Notes: generated from the letters alone by a model not told the origin. Positions 24,384 to 33,562 are shown, counted from the stretch's first letter. The stretch: DNA of 44,794 bases from Minisyncoccota bacterium (GCA_018062505.1 JAGOSA010000003.1:1-44794); one strand, 5' to 3'. Numbers and translations are program-made.

Positions 24384-25469
24384 ATGAAACAATTATTCAA
24401 AAACCCAGTTGTTTGGTTTTTGGCTTTTGTTCTCTTGTTTACTCCGCTGATTAGCGCACATGCGCTGACAGTTTCTCCAGCACGACTTGAGATAGACGGT
24501 AATCCTGGATCTCAGCTCAAAATAGACATGGTTCTCATGAATGATAAAGACGAGAATCAAGTTTTTTATTCTTCGTATGCAAATTTCGAAGCTCAAGGTG
24601 AATCTGGTACGCCTAACTTTGTTGATCCAAAAGAAGGTCTAGGTACATGGATGAAAGTCCCTGAATCTGTCACTCTGTCTCCATTTGAAACAAAAACTGT
24701 TCCAGTTGTTATTAGTATTCCAAACACTGCCGATGCGGGCGGACATTTTGCCTCTGTATTTTGGAGCACTGTTCCATCTCAGGGTTCACAGCCGGGTCAG
24801 GTTGCTATTGGTGCAAAGCTTGGCGTGCTTGTTCTCCTTCGAGTTAATGGGGACATAACTGAGAATGGATCTATTGTCGATTTCACAACTAAGGATGGTA
24901 TTAAAAAGTTCTCAGCATTACCAGTTACATTTACATATCGATTCAATAATGCCGGAGATGACCGCGTAAAGCCGGTCGGCACTTTAACGATTAAAAATAT
25001 TTTGGGAATGAAGCGTACTGTTATTGATGGCAACCCAAGCCAAGGCAACGTACTGCCAAAAAGCACTAGAAAATTTGAGCTAGCATGGAATAAGAAAAAC
25101 GCAGTAAATGAGGTTTATGTTGCTCCAGTCGGTTTTTGGGATAATGTTTCATACCAGTGGAAGCATTTCGCATTTGGCAGATATACTGCGAATCTTTCTC
25201 TTGTATACACAAGTAAGAATATCGCTGATTCTGCAACTACAACTTTCTATGTATTTCCATGGCAGCTTCTCATAGTCATAATTATCGCTGCGATTATTGC
25301 GTATCTCTTGCTTAAGAGAATTATGCGATCGTACAACAGAATGCTGATTGCTCAGGTGCGCGAGAAAATTGAAGAAGAAGTTGAAGAGAGACTAGAAGCC
25401 AAACAAGAACAAGAAGAAGAGGAAAAAGTAATTCGCAAGCCTAAATCTCACCACAGACCTAGGGTATAA
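24384..25469 (+). CDS. DUF916/DUF3324-like (PapD-like Ig fold) protein with C-terminal TM anchor and charged tail
   Basis: Start at ATG 24384, 1 nt after the upstream stop. Signal peptide. LTVSPARLEIDGNPG...MVLMND. NTADAGGHFASVFW. Second Ig-like domain. TM helix LLIVIIIAAIIAYLLL, then a KR- and E-rich tail. The architecture matches Firmicute CscA-type proteins as I recall them. Confidence 0.75.
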   Translation: MKQLFKNPVVWFLAFVLLFTPLISAHALTVSPARLEIDGNPGSQLKIDMVLMNDKDENQVFYSSYANFEAQGESGTPNFVDPKEGLGTWMKVPESVTLSPFETKTVPVVISIPNTADAGGHFASVFWSTVPSQGSQPGQVAIGAKLGVLVLLRVNGDITENGSIVDFTTKDGIKKFSALPVTFTYRFNNAGDDRVKPVGTLTIKNILGMKRTVIDGNPSQGNVLPKSTRKFELAWNKKNAVNEVYVAPVGFWDNVSYQWKHFAFGRYTANLSLVYTSKNIADSATTTFYVFPWQLLIVIIIAAIIAYLLLKRIMRSYNRMLIAQVREKIEEEVEERLEAKQEQEEEEKVIRKPKSHHRPRV

Positions 25470-25470
25470 T
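25465..25470 (+). promoter_or_regulatory. -10 box within the shared motif TATAATGGCTGCATA, 9 nt upstream of ATG 25480
   Basis: gggTATAATggctgcataATG. It overlaps the stop codon of the upstream gene. Confidence 0.45.
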
Positions 25471-25479
25471 GGCTGCATA

Positions 25480-26370
25480 ATGAGCAATACGCCTGTCCAT
25501 CTTGTATTTATAAAAATTGTACTTATTGCCACTCTGTTTTGTTCAGGCAGTTTCGTTCTTGCTGATGAAGTAGTCAATATATCTGCAACTGTTCCGGGAA
25601 TTATTCCGGGTGGCCCAGGCGGAGGTGGTGGTGGATTCGGAGGACTCACAGCTCCGACTGCTGTTTCTTTTTCTGGTCGCGCATATCCGCTTTCGCGCGT
25701 CACTATTTTGCGCGATAACGTTATTGCAATTACAACAATTGCTGGACCAGATGCACGCTTTAATGTAACGCTTGACGCGCTCAGTCAGGGAAACTACTCG
25801 TTCTCAGTTTATTCTGAAGACGCTGGCGGAAGAAAATCAGATTTATTTTCATTCCCGCTATATATCACAGAAGGCGCAACAACGACTATTTCAGGAATAT
25901 TTATTTCTCCAACAGTCGATGTTGATAAAATGACGGTTAAGCAAGGGGATAACATTACTATTTTTGGATCGAGCGCCCCAAATGCTTCAATTACTATCTC
26001 AGTCCATTCGCCAGTTGAGCATTTTGTTCAAGCTAGCACAGACCAGACAGGAGCTTATGTATATACATTCGACACTTCAATTCTTGAGCTAGGAAGCCAT
26101 CTTGCAAAGTCTAAAGCAGTGCTGGGTAGTGCTGCGACTGAGTTCGGCAAGGCAATTTCATTTTCCGTCGGTGATAAAACAATACCAAAAGATAAAGGCT
26201 GCAATGCCAAGGGGGACCTAGACGCCAATTGCCGCGTAAACCTGATAGATTTTTCAATAATGGCATATTGGTATAAGCGACCTAATCCGCCGGCAAACGT
26301 AGACCTCAACGGAGACAATACAATTACTATTGTTGACTTCTCGATTTTGGCATATGGCTGGACAGGTTAA
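25480..26370 (+). CDS. Secreted protein with Gly-run, two Ig-like repeats and C-terminal dockerin domain
   Basis: Signal peptide. GGPGGGGGGFGG. Two ~85-aa beta-sandwich-like repeats. The C-terminus carries duplicated Ca-binding dockerin segments, DLDANCRVNLIDFSIMAYWY and DLNGDNTITIVDFSILAYGW. Confidence 0.8.
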   Translation: MSNTPVHLVFIKIVLIATLFCSGSFVLADEVVNISATVPGIIPGGPGGGGGGFGGLTAPTAVSFSGRAYPLSRVTILRDNVIAITTIAGPDARFNVTLDALSQGNYSFSVYSEDAGGRKSDLFSFPLYITEGATTTISGIFISPTVDVDKMTVKQGDNITIFGSSAPNASITISVHSPVEHFVQASTDQTGAYVYTFDTSILELGSHLAKSKAVLGSAATEFGKAISFSVGDKTIPKDKGCNAKGDLDANCRVNLIDFSIMAYWYKRPNPPANVDLNGDNTITIVDFSILAYGWTG

Positions 26371-26386
26371 TCGAAAAAACAGAAAA

Positions 26387-27286
26387 ATGAAACCATTCTA
26401 TATTACAATCGCATTTATATTTTCATTCTTGTTTGCACAAGCTGTTTCTGCTCAGTCGATCAGTACGCCGATTGCTGCCGCGACTTACCATAAAGAATCA
26501 ACTTTCACAGTTCCTGTTTTATTGGCAAGTCCTGATCAGGCAATAAATGCATTTGAAGTAACGGTTACATATCCTGACAATCTCGTTTTTGTCGGTAGCG
26601 ATGAAGGCGGATCGATTATTAGTTTTTGGATTGATAAACCTTCTAGTGAAAACGCCAGCTCAAAAAACACTCCAAACTCTATCGTATTTTCGGGAGCAAT
26701 GCCTTCAGGTTTTACTGAGGTCTACAACCCACTCAACAAGAAAAAAAGCCCTGGCCTACTGACGAAGCTTATATTTAAGGCAAAGCAAGAGGGAAGTGGA
26801 ACGATTGCTGCAACTTCGGCCTTGTATGCCAACGATGGGTTTGGTACAGCTGTTCCAGCAACAGGATTTAGCGTTTCCATTGCCGTAGATGAAACCACAG
26901 AAGCAACTGACTATGTATGGTCGGATGTCGTTCCTCCTGAACTTTTTGTGCCGTCAGTCTCAAAAGATGATTCAATCTATGGCGGCAAGTATGCGCTTTA
27001 TTTCAATGCAATCGATAAGGATTCAGGCATAGCAGGCTATGAAGTTCGCGAAGGAGAAAGAAAATGGAAAGCAGCAACAAGTCCGTACTTGCTGCAAGAT
27101 CAGCAACTGCATTCGGCAATCACAGTTCGTGCTACAGACAAAGCTGGCAATGCAATCATTGCAACTCTTGAAGCCCCAGCCGGCGCCGCAAATCATTTCG
27201 CACAGTCACTCATGGTGTACTTGCTCATCTTTATTCTTCTTTCCCTTGTTTTTGTGTTTCGAAAAAGAATTTTCAAGGTACAATAA
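26387..27286 (+). CDS. Cohesin-domain protein with Ig-like domain and C-terminal TM anchor
   Basis: Start moved to ATG 26387 (signal peptide MKPFYITIAFIFSFLFAQAVSAQS). Cohesin-like module (FTVPVLLASPDQAINAFEVTVTYPDNLVFVG...LLTKLIFKAKQEGSGTI...). DKDSGIAGYEV..W....VRATDKAGN Ig-like domain. TM helix MVYLLIFILLSLVFVF. Confidence 0.75.
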   Translation: MKPFYITIAFIFSFLFAQAVSAQSISTPIAAATYHKESTFTVPVLLASPDQAINAFEVTVTYPDNLVFVGSDEGGSIISFWIDKPSSENASSKNTPNSIVFSGAMPSGFTEVYNPLNKKKSPGLLTKLIFKAKQEGSGTIAATSALYANDGFGTAVPATGFSVSIAVDETTEATDYVWSDVVPPELFVPSVSKDDSIYGGKYALYFNAIDKDSGIAGYEVREGERKWKAATSPYLLQDQQLHSAITVRATDKAGNAIIATLEAPAGAANHFAQSLMVYLLIFILLSLVFVFRKRIFKVQ

Positions 27287-27290
27287 TCCT

Positions 27291-28436
27291 ATGCGTTCTC
27301 TTGCTAAAGCAATTTTTGTTGCAGCTTCTATATTCGGATTTGCTCATGCGTCATTCGCTGCGAACTATGTCATTTCGCCTTCATCAAAAGCCATTGAAGT
27401 TGGTGATGCAGTAACGGTAACTGTGTACGCAAGCAGTATTGCTCAGGCAATCAATGTCGTATCTGGATCAGTGACCTTTGATCCAGCGCTCCTTCGGGTT
27501 AAAAGCGTTAGTACGTCTGGATCTGTCGTGAAATTTTGGATTACCGAGCCATCCACTCCGAAAAGCTCTGCCTCTTCGTTCAAATTCGAAGGCGTCATTC
27601 TCAATCCGGGGTACACAGGAGCATCCGGCAAGGTTTTTTCTATAACATTTACTGCACAGAATGAAGGCACTGCAACGATCGGCATATCGAGTGCTGCAAT
27701 CTTGGCAAACGATGGCGCTGGAACAAATGTCACAAATGCCACTGCTCCACTGTCGCTTTCTATCTCTAAACCAAGTCGTCCATCCGAAGTAATCCCAGTT
27801 CCTTCGGCTCCCGACACGTCGCCAGTTCCGCCCGCGACAAGTACAGATAGTGCACAACCTTCTGCAAGTCCAATTCTTAAAATTACCGAAATACCCGAAA
27901 AGGTTCGACTAGGGGAATCGTTTAGACTTGCCGGTTTAAGTTCACAAGGCGATGTTAGCGTCTTTGCGGTCAAAACAGGCCATATCGGAGCGCTCGACCG
28001 AACAGTGCTCTATACGAATCTTACGGAAGGAGGCTACTATCTCAAGGAGGACGCAAAAGTTACCGATAGGCGTTTTGAAGCCGAGTTCAAAAACCTCGAA
28101 GCTGGCCGATACGCTTTCTATGCGAGAGATGCCGAAGGCAATGTGACGAGCATAGTCTTTGTTGAAGTTGTCGCTTCGTTTAGGGAAGTGGCTAGGGACT
28201 TTGCCCTGACTTGGTGGTGGATTCCAATGCTTGCCCTCCTCATCATGGCGCTCATATACCTCTTTTGGCACCTAGCTCAAGTCCGAGCACTTCACCACCA
28301 GAGGCTCCTTTCCGATTCTTTATCCAAAAAGTACGACGTCTACGACCGGATGATCCAAAAGCTCGATCTCGGTATCACTTTGACAGCAGAAGAGCATGCT
28401 TTGCTCGAAAAACTACGCGGAAATTACAAAAAATAG
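27291..28436 (+). CDS. Cohesin-domain protein with Pro/Ser linker, beta domain and C-terminal TM anchor
   Basis: Start moved to ATG 27291 (signal peptide MRSLAKAIFVAASIFGFAHASFA). Cohesin-like module (AIEVGDAVTVTVYASSIAQAINVVSGSVTFDPALLRVKSV...KVFSITFTAQNEGTATI). PSRPSEVIPVPSAPDTSPVPPATS linker. TM helix WWWIPMLALLIMALIYLFW. Confidence 0.75.
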   Translation: MRSLAKAIFVAASIFGFAHASFAANYVISPSSKAIEVGDAVTVTVYASSIAQAINVVSGSVTFDPALLRVKSVSTSGSVVKFWITEPSTPKSSASSFKFEGVILNPGYTGASGKVFSITFTAQNEGTATIGISSAAILANDGAGTNVTNATAPLSLSISKPSRPSEVIPVPSAPDTSPVPPATSTDSAQPSASPILKITEIPEKVRLGESFRLAGLSSQGDVSVFAVKTGHIGALDRTVLYTNLTEGGYYLKEDAKVTDRRFEAEFKNLEAGRYAFYARDAEGNVTSIVFVEVVASFREVARDFALTWWWIPMLALLIMALIYLFWHLAQVRALHHQRLLSDSLSKKYDVYDRMIQKLDLGITLTAEEHALLEKLRGNYKK

Positions 28437-28453
28437 TCAAGGCTTGACCAATA

Positions 28454-28480
28454 GAAAACCCTTATTTTATAAGGGTTTTC
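28454..28480 (+). terminator. Rho-independent terminator ending the surface locus
   Basis: GAAAACCCTTAttttaTAAGGGTTTTC. Confidence 0.75.
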
Positions 28481-28515
28481 TGCGTTTGACACTAGCAAAA
28501 AACATGGCATAACTA

Positions 28516-28544
28516 TTGACTTTAGTCTCATATAATGCTATTAT
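28516..28544 (+). promoter_or_regulatory. Promoter (TTGACT-17-TGcTATTAT)
   Basis: ttgact ttagtctcatataatgc tattat. A second candidate (TTGACA-17-ATAACT) lies at 28486..28514. Implies an ~85-nt leader before ATG 28634. Confidence 0.45.
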
Positions 28545-28633
28545 GTCGATGTACCTTTGTATTCAGGCGAATCGCCTTGATATATAAGGGTTTTTTCTTT
28601 CTCTGACGAGTTTTGCGGAGCACAACCGCTTAT

Positions 28634-29287
28634 ATGACCAAGAATTTTACGAAGTACATTCATTCGTTTATCGCCATACCAATTCTGGCTTTCTCCCTCC
28701 CTTCGGCTTCACTGCCAAGCGGGATAACGTTGAATCTTACTTCCCAATTTAATACGAGTACGGCAGTTGTGGAGGACAACACTCCAGATCTGACCGAGTA
28801 CCGAGCTGAGCTTATTGACTCTTACTATGCAGAAAAAAAGCTCCCTATGGCTGGCTACGGCAAGCTTATGGTGGAGGCTGCTGACAAGTATGATCTCGAC
28901 TGGCGCCTTCTTCCGGCTCTCGCTATCCGCGAGTCTACTGGCGGAAAGCAAGCTTGTGGAGGAAAGCTCTCTGCTGAGTGGAACCCTTGGGGTTGGAACT
29001 CATGTAAAGGCAATGGATTCGTATCGATGGAGGAATCTATTGATACTATTGCCAAGCACTTGAGCGGAAACCACGAGCGTACTGCACGCTACTACAAGAA
29101 GAAGCAGGGCGATTTGAAGGGTCTCCTTCAGGTCTATAACCCGCCTTCAGTAGTGCCGACATACGCCCAAGAAGTCATGAAAATCATGTCGAAGATCTCT
29201 TCGACTGAAGATGTGACTGTGGCAGCTACTGCTGCACATATGCTTGCAAACGAAACTGCAAAAGTTGAAGTCGCTCTCGTTAAATAA
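28634..29287 (+). CDS. Secreted lysozyme-like / transglycosylase-like protein (tentative)
   Basis: N-terminal hydrophobic helix. Segment DWRLLPALAIRESTGGK...NPWGW resembles the catalytic Glu region of SLT/lysozyme-like folds. Function call is weak. Confidence 0.6.
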   Translation: MTKNFTKYIHSFIAIPILAFSLPSASLPSGITLNLTSQFNTSTAVVEDNTPDLTEYRAELIDSYYAEKKLPMAGYGKLMVEAADKYDLDWRLLPALAIRESTGGKQACGGKLSAEWNPWGWNSCKGNGFVSMEESIDTIAKHLSGNHERTARYYKKKQGDLKGLLQVYNPPSVVPTYAQEVMKIMSKISSTEDVTVAATAAHMLANETAKVEVALVK

Positions 29288-29295
29288 TATTAAAA

Positions 29296-29329
29296 GAAAA
29301 ATGCCCCACATAACAAGTGGGGCATTTTC
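29296..29329. terminator. Bidirectional rho-independent terminator
   Basis: aaaaATGCCCCACataacaaGTGGGGCATtttc, between convergent genes. Confidence 0.8.
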
Positions 29330-29346
29330 GTAGTTGCATTTGGCAA

Positions 29347-29664
29347 CTACAGAGCTAAAGATAATTGGGAGATTGTCCTGCTTGCTGCAGACATTTTTGC
29401 AAGCCTTTTTTGATTGTTTGCTTGCTTTTGCAGCTTTTTGTCGACCTCAACATAGTTAATGAGCGACTTCACTAGATATTTGAACCAAGCAAAATTGAAG
29501 TTGTTTTGAAGCGCTTGAACGCTGTAAAATACTTGATGTATTGCTGATTCAAATGCAGTGTAGTGGTCAGTTGTTTTGGCCACTTCAATTTTGTAAATCT
29601 CCTCAATCCGAGAGAGGTGTTTCCGGACCTCACTCTTATCCTTTACATGTTTATTTTTTGCCAT
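29347..29664 (-). CDS. Hypothetical 105-aa protein downstream of dnaE
   Basis: ORF on the same strand as dnaE and 77 nt downstream of it. Helical, basic composition. No recognised domain. Confidence 0.55.
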   Translation of the reverse strand: MAKNKHVKDKSEVRKHLSRIEEIYKIEVAKTTDHYTAFESAIHQVFYSVQALQNNFNFAWFKYLVKSLINYVEVDKKLQKQANNQKRLAKMSAASRTISQLSLAL

Positions 29665-29741
29665 GATAAAGAAGTTTTGTTCGTTTTTATTCTACGCCGA
29701 TACTAGAAAATGGCAAGGGAAGATGCGATTTTGCAATTAAG

Positions 29742-32700
29742 CTAAATCTCCTTCAGTTTTTCGATAACAATACTTTTCTCGCCATTTCGCACAGTGACCT
29801 TGCCTTCAAAGGCAATTGTTTTGTCTTGGATGATGATTGCGCTTAGTTCAGTAAAGGTTTTCGGGAAGACGACAGCTTCAATTGCGCCTGAGAAGTCGGC
29901 GATACGGATGAAAGCCATTCGGTCGTTTTTCTTGGTAAAAACTGGACGAACTGTTTCGATGATGCCGGCCAAAACGACAGACATGCCATTGCCGACACCC
30001 TCGTGGACTTTTTTGATGTTAAGCGCGCGGCCGAGGAGCTTATCCTTGATCTTATCGAGCGGATGGCCAGAAACGTAGAGGCCGAGCAATTCCTTTTCCC
30101 AAACGAGAATTTCAGAAATGTTAATCGGCGGCATAGCTTGGAGATTGAAAGTCGGACCAGCATCAGGCAAATCGCCGAAGAGGGAAATCATGCCGGCATT
30201 TTTCTTGCCTTCGCGATTGTATTCGAGCATGTTTTCGATATTGCCGAAAAGCGTTGCGCGCTCGCCGAATGCATCCATTGCTCCAGTCTTGATGAGCGCT
30301 TCGAGCGATTTCTTATTTAAATTTTTGTGGTGGACGCGATCGAGGAAGTCGCCGATTGAGAGAAATGGTCCGCGATCTTTTCTTTCTTCGATGATTGCAT
30401 CTGAAATATCGGTGCCGAGGTTTTTGATTGTGTAGAGACCAAAGCGAATGATGCCGCCTGTGCCGTTGTTGTCGCCAGAGTTGATGACTGTAAAGCCGCC
30501 GAAGCATTCGTTGACGTCTGGCGGGAGAACAGTAATGTTCATGTTTTTACATTCAGCAATAATGTCGGCAACTTTTTCGACGTCGCCTGATTCAGCAGTC
30601 ATAATCGCTGTCATGTACTCAACAGGGTAGTTGGCTTTCATGTATGCAGTTTGATACGAAACGCGGCCGTAACTTGCAGCGTGCGCTTTGTTGAAACCGT
30701 ATGCGGCAAATGGTTCGATCAAGAGCCAAAGTTCATTGGCTTTTTCTTTTGAAAGGCCGTTTGCGACGAAGCCTTTGAGAAGCTTATCTTTCTGGGCTTC
30801 CATTTCTGCTGGAATTTTTTTACCCATGGCTTTACGCAGTTTGTCGGCTTCAATCCATGTGTATCCAGCGAGCTTAATCGCAAGCATCATGACATCGTCC
30901 TGATACGTAATGACGCCAAAAGACGTATCGAGAATTTCTTTCATGCGCGGATCTAGGTAGCGAACGAGCGATGGATTGTGTTTTCGCTTAATGTATTCGG
31001 GAATAGCTTCCATCGGACCCGGACGATAGAGCGCAACCATGGCGTTGATGTCGTGAATAGTCGAAGGCTTGAGTTCTTTGAGGTAGCGCGTCATACCAGA
31101 ACCGTTGAGCTGGAAGAGTCCTTCAGTTTGTCCGCGAGCAAGGAGGGCAAATGTTCTTGGGTCGTTGAGCGGAATGTTTTCGAGGTCGATGATGACGCCA
31201 TGGCGCTGCTCAACGAGCTGAACCGCCTCCGCGAGAATCGACAAGTTTCGGATACCGAGGAAGTCGAACTTTGTCAGGCCGACGCCGTCTTCGCCGACAG
31301 TGTACATGTCGTACTGCGTGATGAGTTTACCGCCTTTCGGGTCGAACTGTAGAGGAACGTATTCAACAAGCGGGCGAGGCGAAATGACGACGCCAGCCGC
31401 ATGCACGGAGATGTGCCTGACGCCGCCTTCGATTTTTTTGGCGAGATCGATAATGCGTCTTGTATCTCCTTCGGTGTCATATGCTTTTTTGAGTTCTGGT
31501 TCGAGCTCCATCGCATGGTCGATTGTCATCGGCATGCCTTGCGAGCCCATTGGAATCATTTTGGAAAGGCGATCGCCCATATCATACGGATAGCCGAGCG
31601 CGCGCGCGACGTCGCGGACGGCGCCGCGCGCCATCATCGTACCGAACGTTCCGATCTGTGCGACTTTGTCGGCGCCGTACTTTCTTTTGGCATATTCAAT
31701 AACCTCGTCGCGTCGGTCGTCGGCAAAGTCCATATCGATATCGGGAGCAGATGGACGATCAGGATTGAGGAAACGTTCGAACGGTAATTTGTATTCGAGC
31801 GGATTGACTGATGTAATACCAAGTACATATGTCGTCATCGATCCAGCGACCGATCCTCGAATGTTCGTCAGGATTTTATTTTCATGAGCGTAGCGAATGA
31901 GATCTTCCACGACGAGAAAGTAGGCTGCATAGCCTTTCATTGCAATGACAGAAAGTTCGTAGTCGAGGCGCTCAATGGATTTGGCATCGCCGGCAATGCC
32001 GCGCCGTTCGAGGCCGGCGTAGGCAAGTTCTTTGAGTGCAGCGTCTGTCGTCACGCCTTCAGGCAATGCGAATTCAGGAAAGACGAATTTGCCGAGAACG
32101 AGATCGAGTTCGCACATTTCGGCGACCATTGAAGTGTTTTCGACTGCGCCCGGAATGCCTTCAAAAAGTTTTATTGCTTCTTCTGTATTGATGAGGTGGT
32201 AGTCGCCATCTTTCATCGACATACCTTTGCTGCCATCTTTGCCATCGGCTCCAGTGTTGATGCGAAGGAGAGCTTCATGCGCGTCTTGGTCATCATGCAT
32301 CAAGTAGTGTGAGTCGTGCGTGCCGACGATCGGAATGCCGAATTCTTCATGCAGTTTGATGATGCCGTTTTTCCAATTTTCCCAACCGGGCACTTCTTGG
32401 TGCGCCATGATTTCGAGGAAATAATTGTCTTTGCCAAAGATTTCTTGGTATTCGATGACGAGCTCGCGTGCGCGGTCCATATTGTTCTCGCGCAGTGCCA
32501 TTCCCATTTCCGAAGCTGGGCAACCAGACAAGCAAATGATGCCTTCACTGTACGCGCGGAGAATTTCTTTGTCCATGCGCGGCTTGTAGTAGAAGCCTTC
32601 GAGGTGAGCCATTGTTGTCAGACGCATGAGGTTTCTGTAGCCAGTTTCGTTTTTGGCAAAAAGCGTTATGTGATTGCGCCGGCTATCGAGTCCAGTTTCT

Positions 32701-32996
32701 TTGTCTTTTCTTCCGCGTGCAGCGAGGTAGCCTTCAACGCCGAGAATTGGCTTGAGTCCAGCTTTTTTTGCTTCCATATAAAAATCGATTGCGCCGTACA
32801 TTGCGCCGTGGTCAGTAAGCGCAAGCGCCGGCATGCCGTATTTGACTGCAGTTTTGACGAGGTCAGTAACTTTTGAAAGTCCATCGAGCAGGGAATAGTG
32901 CGAGTGCGTATGAAGATGCACGAACTTCATTTCATTAGCGCCGGATTTTTTTGTGATATCTTGCGCAGCTTTTTCTTTTGTGTCGGCAGTAGCCAT
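29742..32996 (-). CDS. dnaE: DNA polymerase III alpha subunit
   Basis: PHP domain VHLHTHSHYSLLDG. Polymerase core motifs (PDIDMDF, GLTKFDFLGIRNLS, FNKAHAASY). OB-fold C-terminus. ATG 32996 is supported by an upstream TGgTATAAT. An alternative ATG lies at 32930. Confidence 0.95.
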   Translation of the reverse strand: MATADTKEKAAQDITKKSGANEMKFVHLHTHSHYSLLDGLSKVTDLVKTAVKYGMPALALTDHGAMYGAIDFYMEAKKAGLKPILGVEGYLAARGRKDKETGLDSRRNHITLFAKNETGYRNLMRLTTMAHLEGFYYKPRMDKEILRAYSEGIICLSGCPASEMGMALRENNMDRARELVIEYQEIFGKDNYFLEIMAHQEVPGWENWKNGIIKLHEEFGIPIVGTHDSHYLMHDDQDAHEALLRINTGADGKDGSKGMSMKDGDYHLINTEEAIKLFEGIPGAVENTSMVAEMCELDLVLGKFVFPEFALPEGVTTDAALKELAYAGLERRGIAGDAKSIERLDYELSVIAMKGYAAYFLVVEDLIRYAHENKILTNIRGSVAGSMTTYVLGITSVNPLEYKLPFERFLNPDRPSAPDIDMDFADDRRDEVIEYAKRKYGADKVAQIGTFGTMMARGAVRDVARALGYPYDMGDRLSKMIPMGSQGMPMTIDHAMELEPELKKAYDTEGDTRRIIDLAKKIEGGVRHISVHAAGVVISPRPLVEYVPLQFDPKGGKLITQYDMYTVGEDGVGLTKFDFLGIRNLSILAEAVQLVEQRHGVIIDLENIPLNDPRTFALLARGQTEGLFQLNGSGMTRYLKELKPSTIHDINAMVALYRPGPMEAIPEYIKRKHNPSLVRYLDPRMKEILDTSFGVITYQDDVMMLAIKLAGYTWIEADKLRKAMGKKIPAEMEAQKDKLLKGFVANGLSKEKANELWLLIEPFAAYGFNKAHAASYGRVSYQTAYMKANYPVEYMTAIMTAESGDVEKVADIIAECKNMNITVLPPDVNECFGGFTVINSGDNNGTGGIIRFGLYTIKNLGTDISDAIIEERKDRGPFLSIGDFLDRVHHKNLNKKSLEALIKTGAMDAFGERATLFGNIENMLEYNREGKKNAGMISLFGDLPDAGPTFNLQAMPPINISEILVWEKELLGLYVSGHPLDKIKDKLLGRALNIKKVHEGVGNGMSVVLAGIIETVRPVFTKKNDRMAFIRIADFSGAIEAVVFPKTFTELSAIIIQDKTIAFEGKVTVRNGEKSIVIEKLKEI

Positions 32997-33005
32997 GAGT
33001 GACCT

Positions 33006-33014
33006 ATTATACCA
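33006..33014 (-). promoter_or_regulatory. Extended -10 (TGgTATAAT) 9 nt upstream of dnaE ATG
   Basis: Minus strand: cTGgTATAATaggtcactcATG. Confidence 0.5.
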
Positions 33015-33028
33015 GCGCGCCTAGCGCT

Positions 33029-33056
33029 TTGACAAAAAGACCTTTTGCTTTATAAT
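33029..33056 (+). promoter_or_regulatory. Promoter (TTGACA-16-TATAAT)
   Basis: ttgaca aaaagaccttttgctt tataat, divergent from dnaE, upstream of 33100..33447. Confidence 0.55.
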
Positions 33057-33099
33057 TAAGACAATTAACAAAATAGTTTCATAATTAAATAGCAGGACG

Positions 33100-33447
33100 A
33101 TGGCAGATAGAAAATCCAAGCACAACCCACATGGACAGTCGCCAAATGAAAGCATTCAATCTAAGCAGTACAACGTCAGAGGACGTGATACGCTAACAAA
33201 TCCAAGTCTTACCGACATGGACGAACTAGAAGGCAGCGAAATCTTCCAATTGCAGAAAATCAAAGTAAGTGACTTTGAGTCTTTCAAGAAAGAGAAAGAA
33301 ACGATCATCAGGAAAAAAATTCTGAATGAAGAAGATTACGAAAAAATTACAAACCGCTACAAAAAGCGGAAGAGAGATCAAAATGGAGAACAAGTTGGTG
33401 TTCGCAGTATGAGCGATGATTCCTACGCAGTTCGTCATTATTGCTGA
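33100..33447 (+). CDS. Hypothetical charged 115-aa protein
   Basis: ORF with its own promoter and terminator. Highly charged (KKEKETIIRKK, RYKKRKRDQ). No recognised domain. Confidence 0.55.
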   Translation: MADRKSKHNPHGQSPNESIQSKQYNVRGRDTLTNPSLTDMDELEGSEIFQLQKIKVSDFESFKKEKETIIRKKILNEEDYEKITNRYKKRKRDQNGEQVGVRSMSDDSYAVRHYC

Positions 33448-33491
33448 CATTGTTCAGCAAAAGACAACATAACCCGTGTTCCGTTTTGTAG

Positions 33492-33527
33492 AAGCCCGCA
33501 TGATCGCATTGATCTGCGGGCTTTTTT
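33492..33527 (+). terminator. Rho-independent terminator
   Basis: GCCCGCAtgatcgcattgatcTGCGGGCtttttt. Confidence 0.75.
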
Positions 33528-33547
33528 ATTCGCAAAAGCTAGGTTTT

Positions 33548-33556
33548 TGCTATGAT
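33548..33556 (+). promoter_or_regulatory. Extended -10 (TGcTATGAT) 6 nt upstream of rnhB ATG
   Basis: ttTGcTATGATaagcccATG. Confidence 0.45.
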
Positions 33557-33562
33557 AAGCCC

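Noticed and set aside
28545-28633. Possible riboswitch or attenuator in the ~85-nt leader of the lysozyme-like gene
   Set aside because: Only short 4-5-bp hairpins (aggcg/cgcct, cctt/aagg, gcgg/ccgc) and no recognisable conserved riboswitch core. Insufficient evidence.
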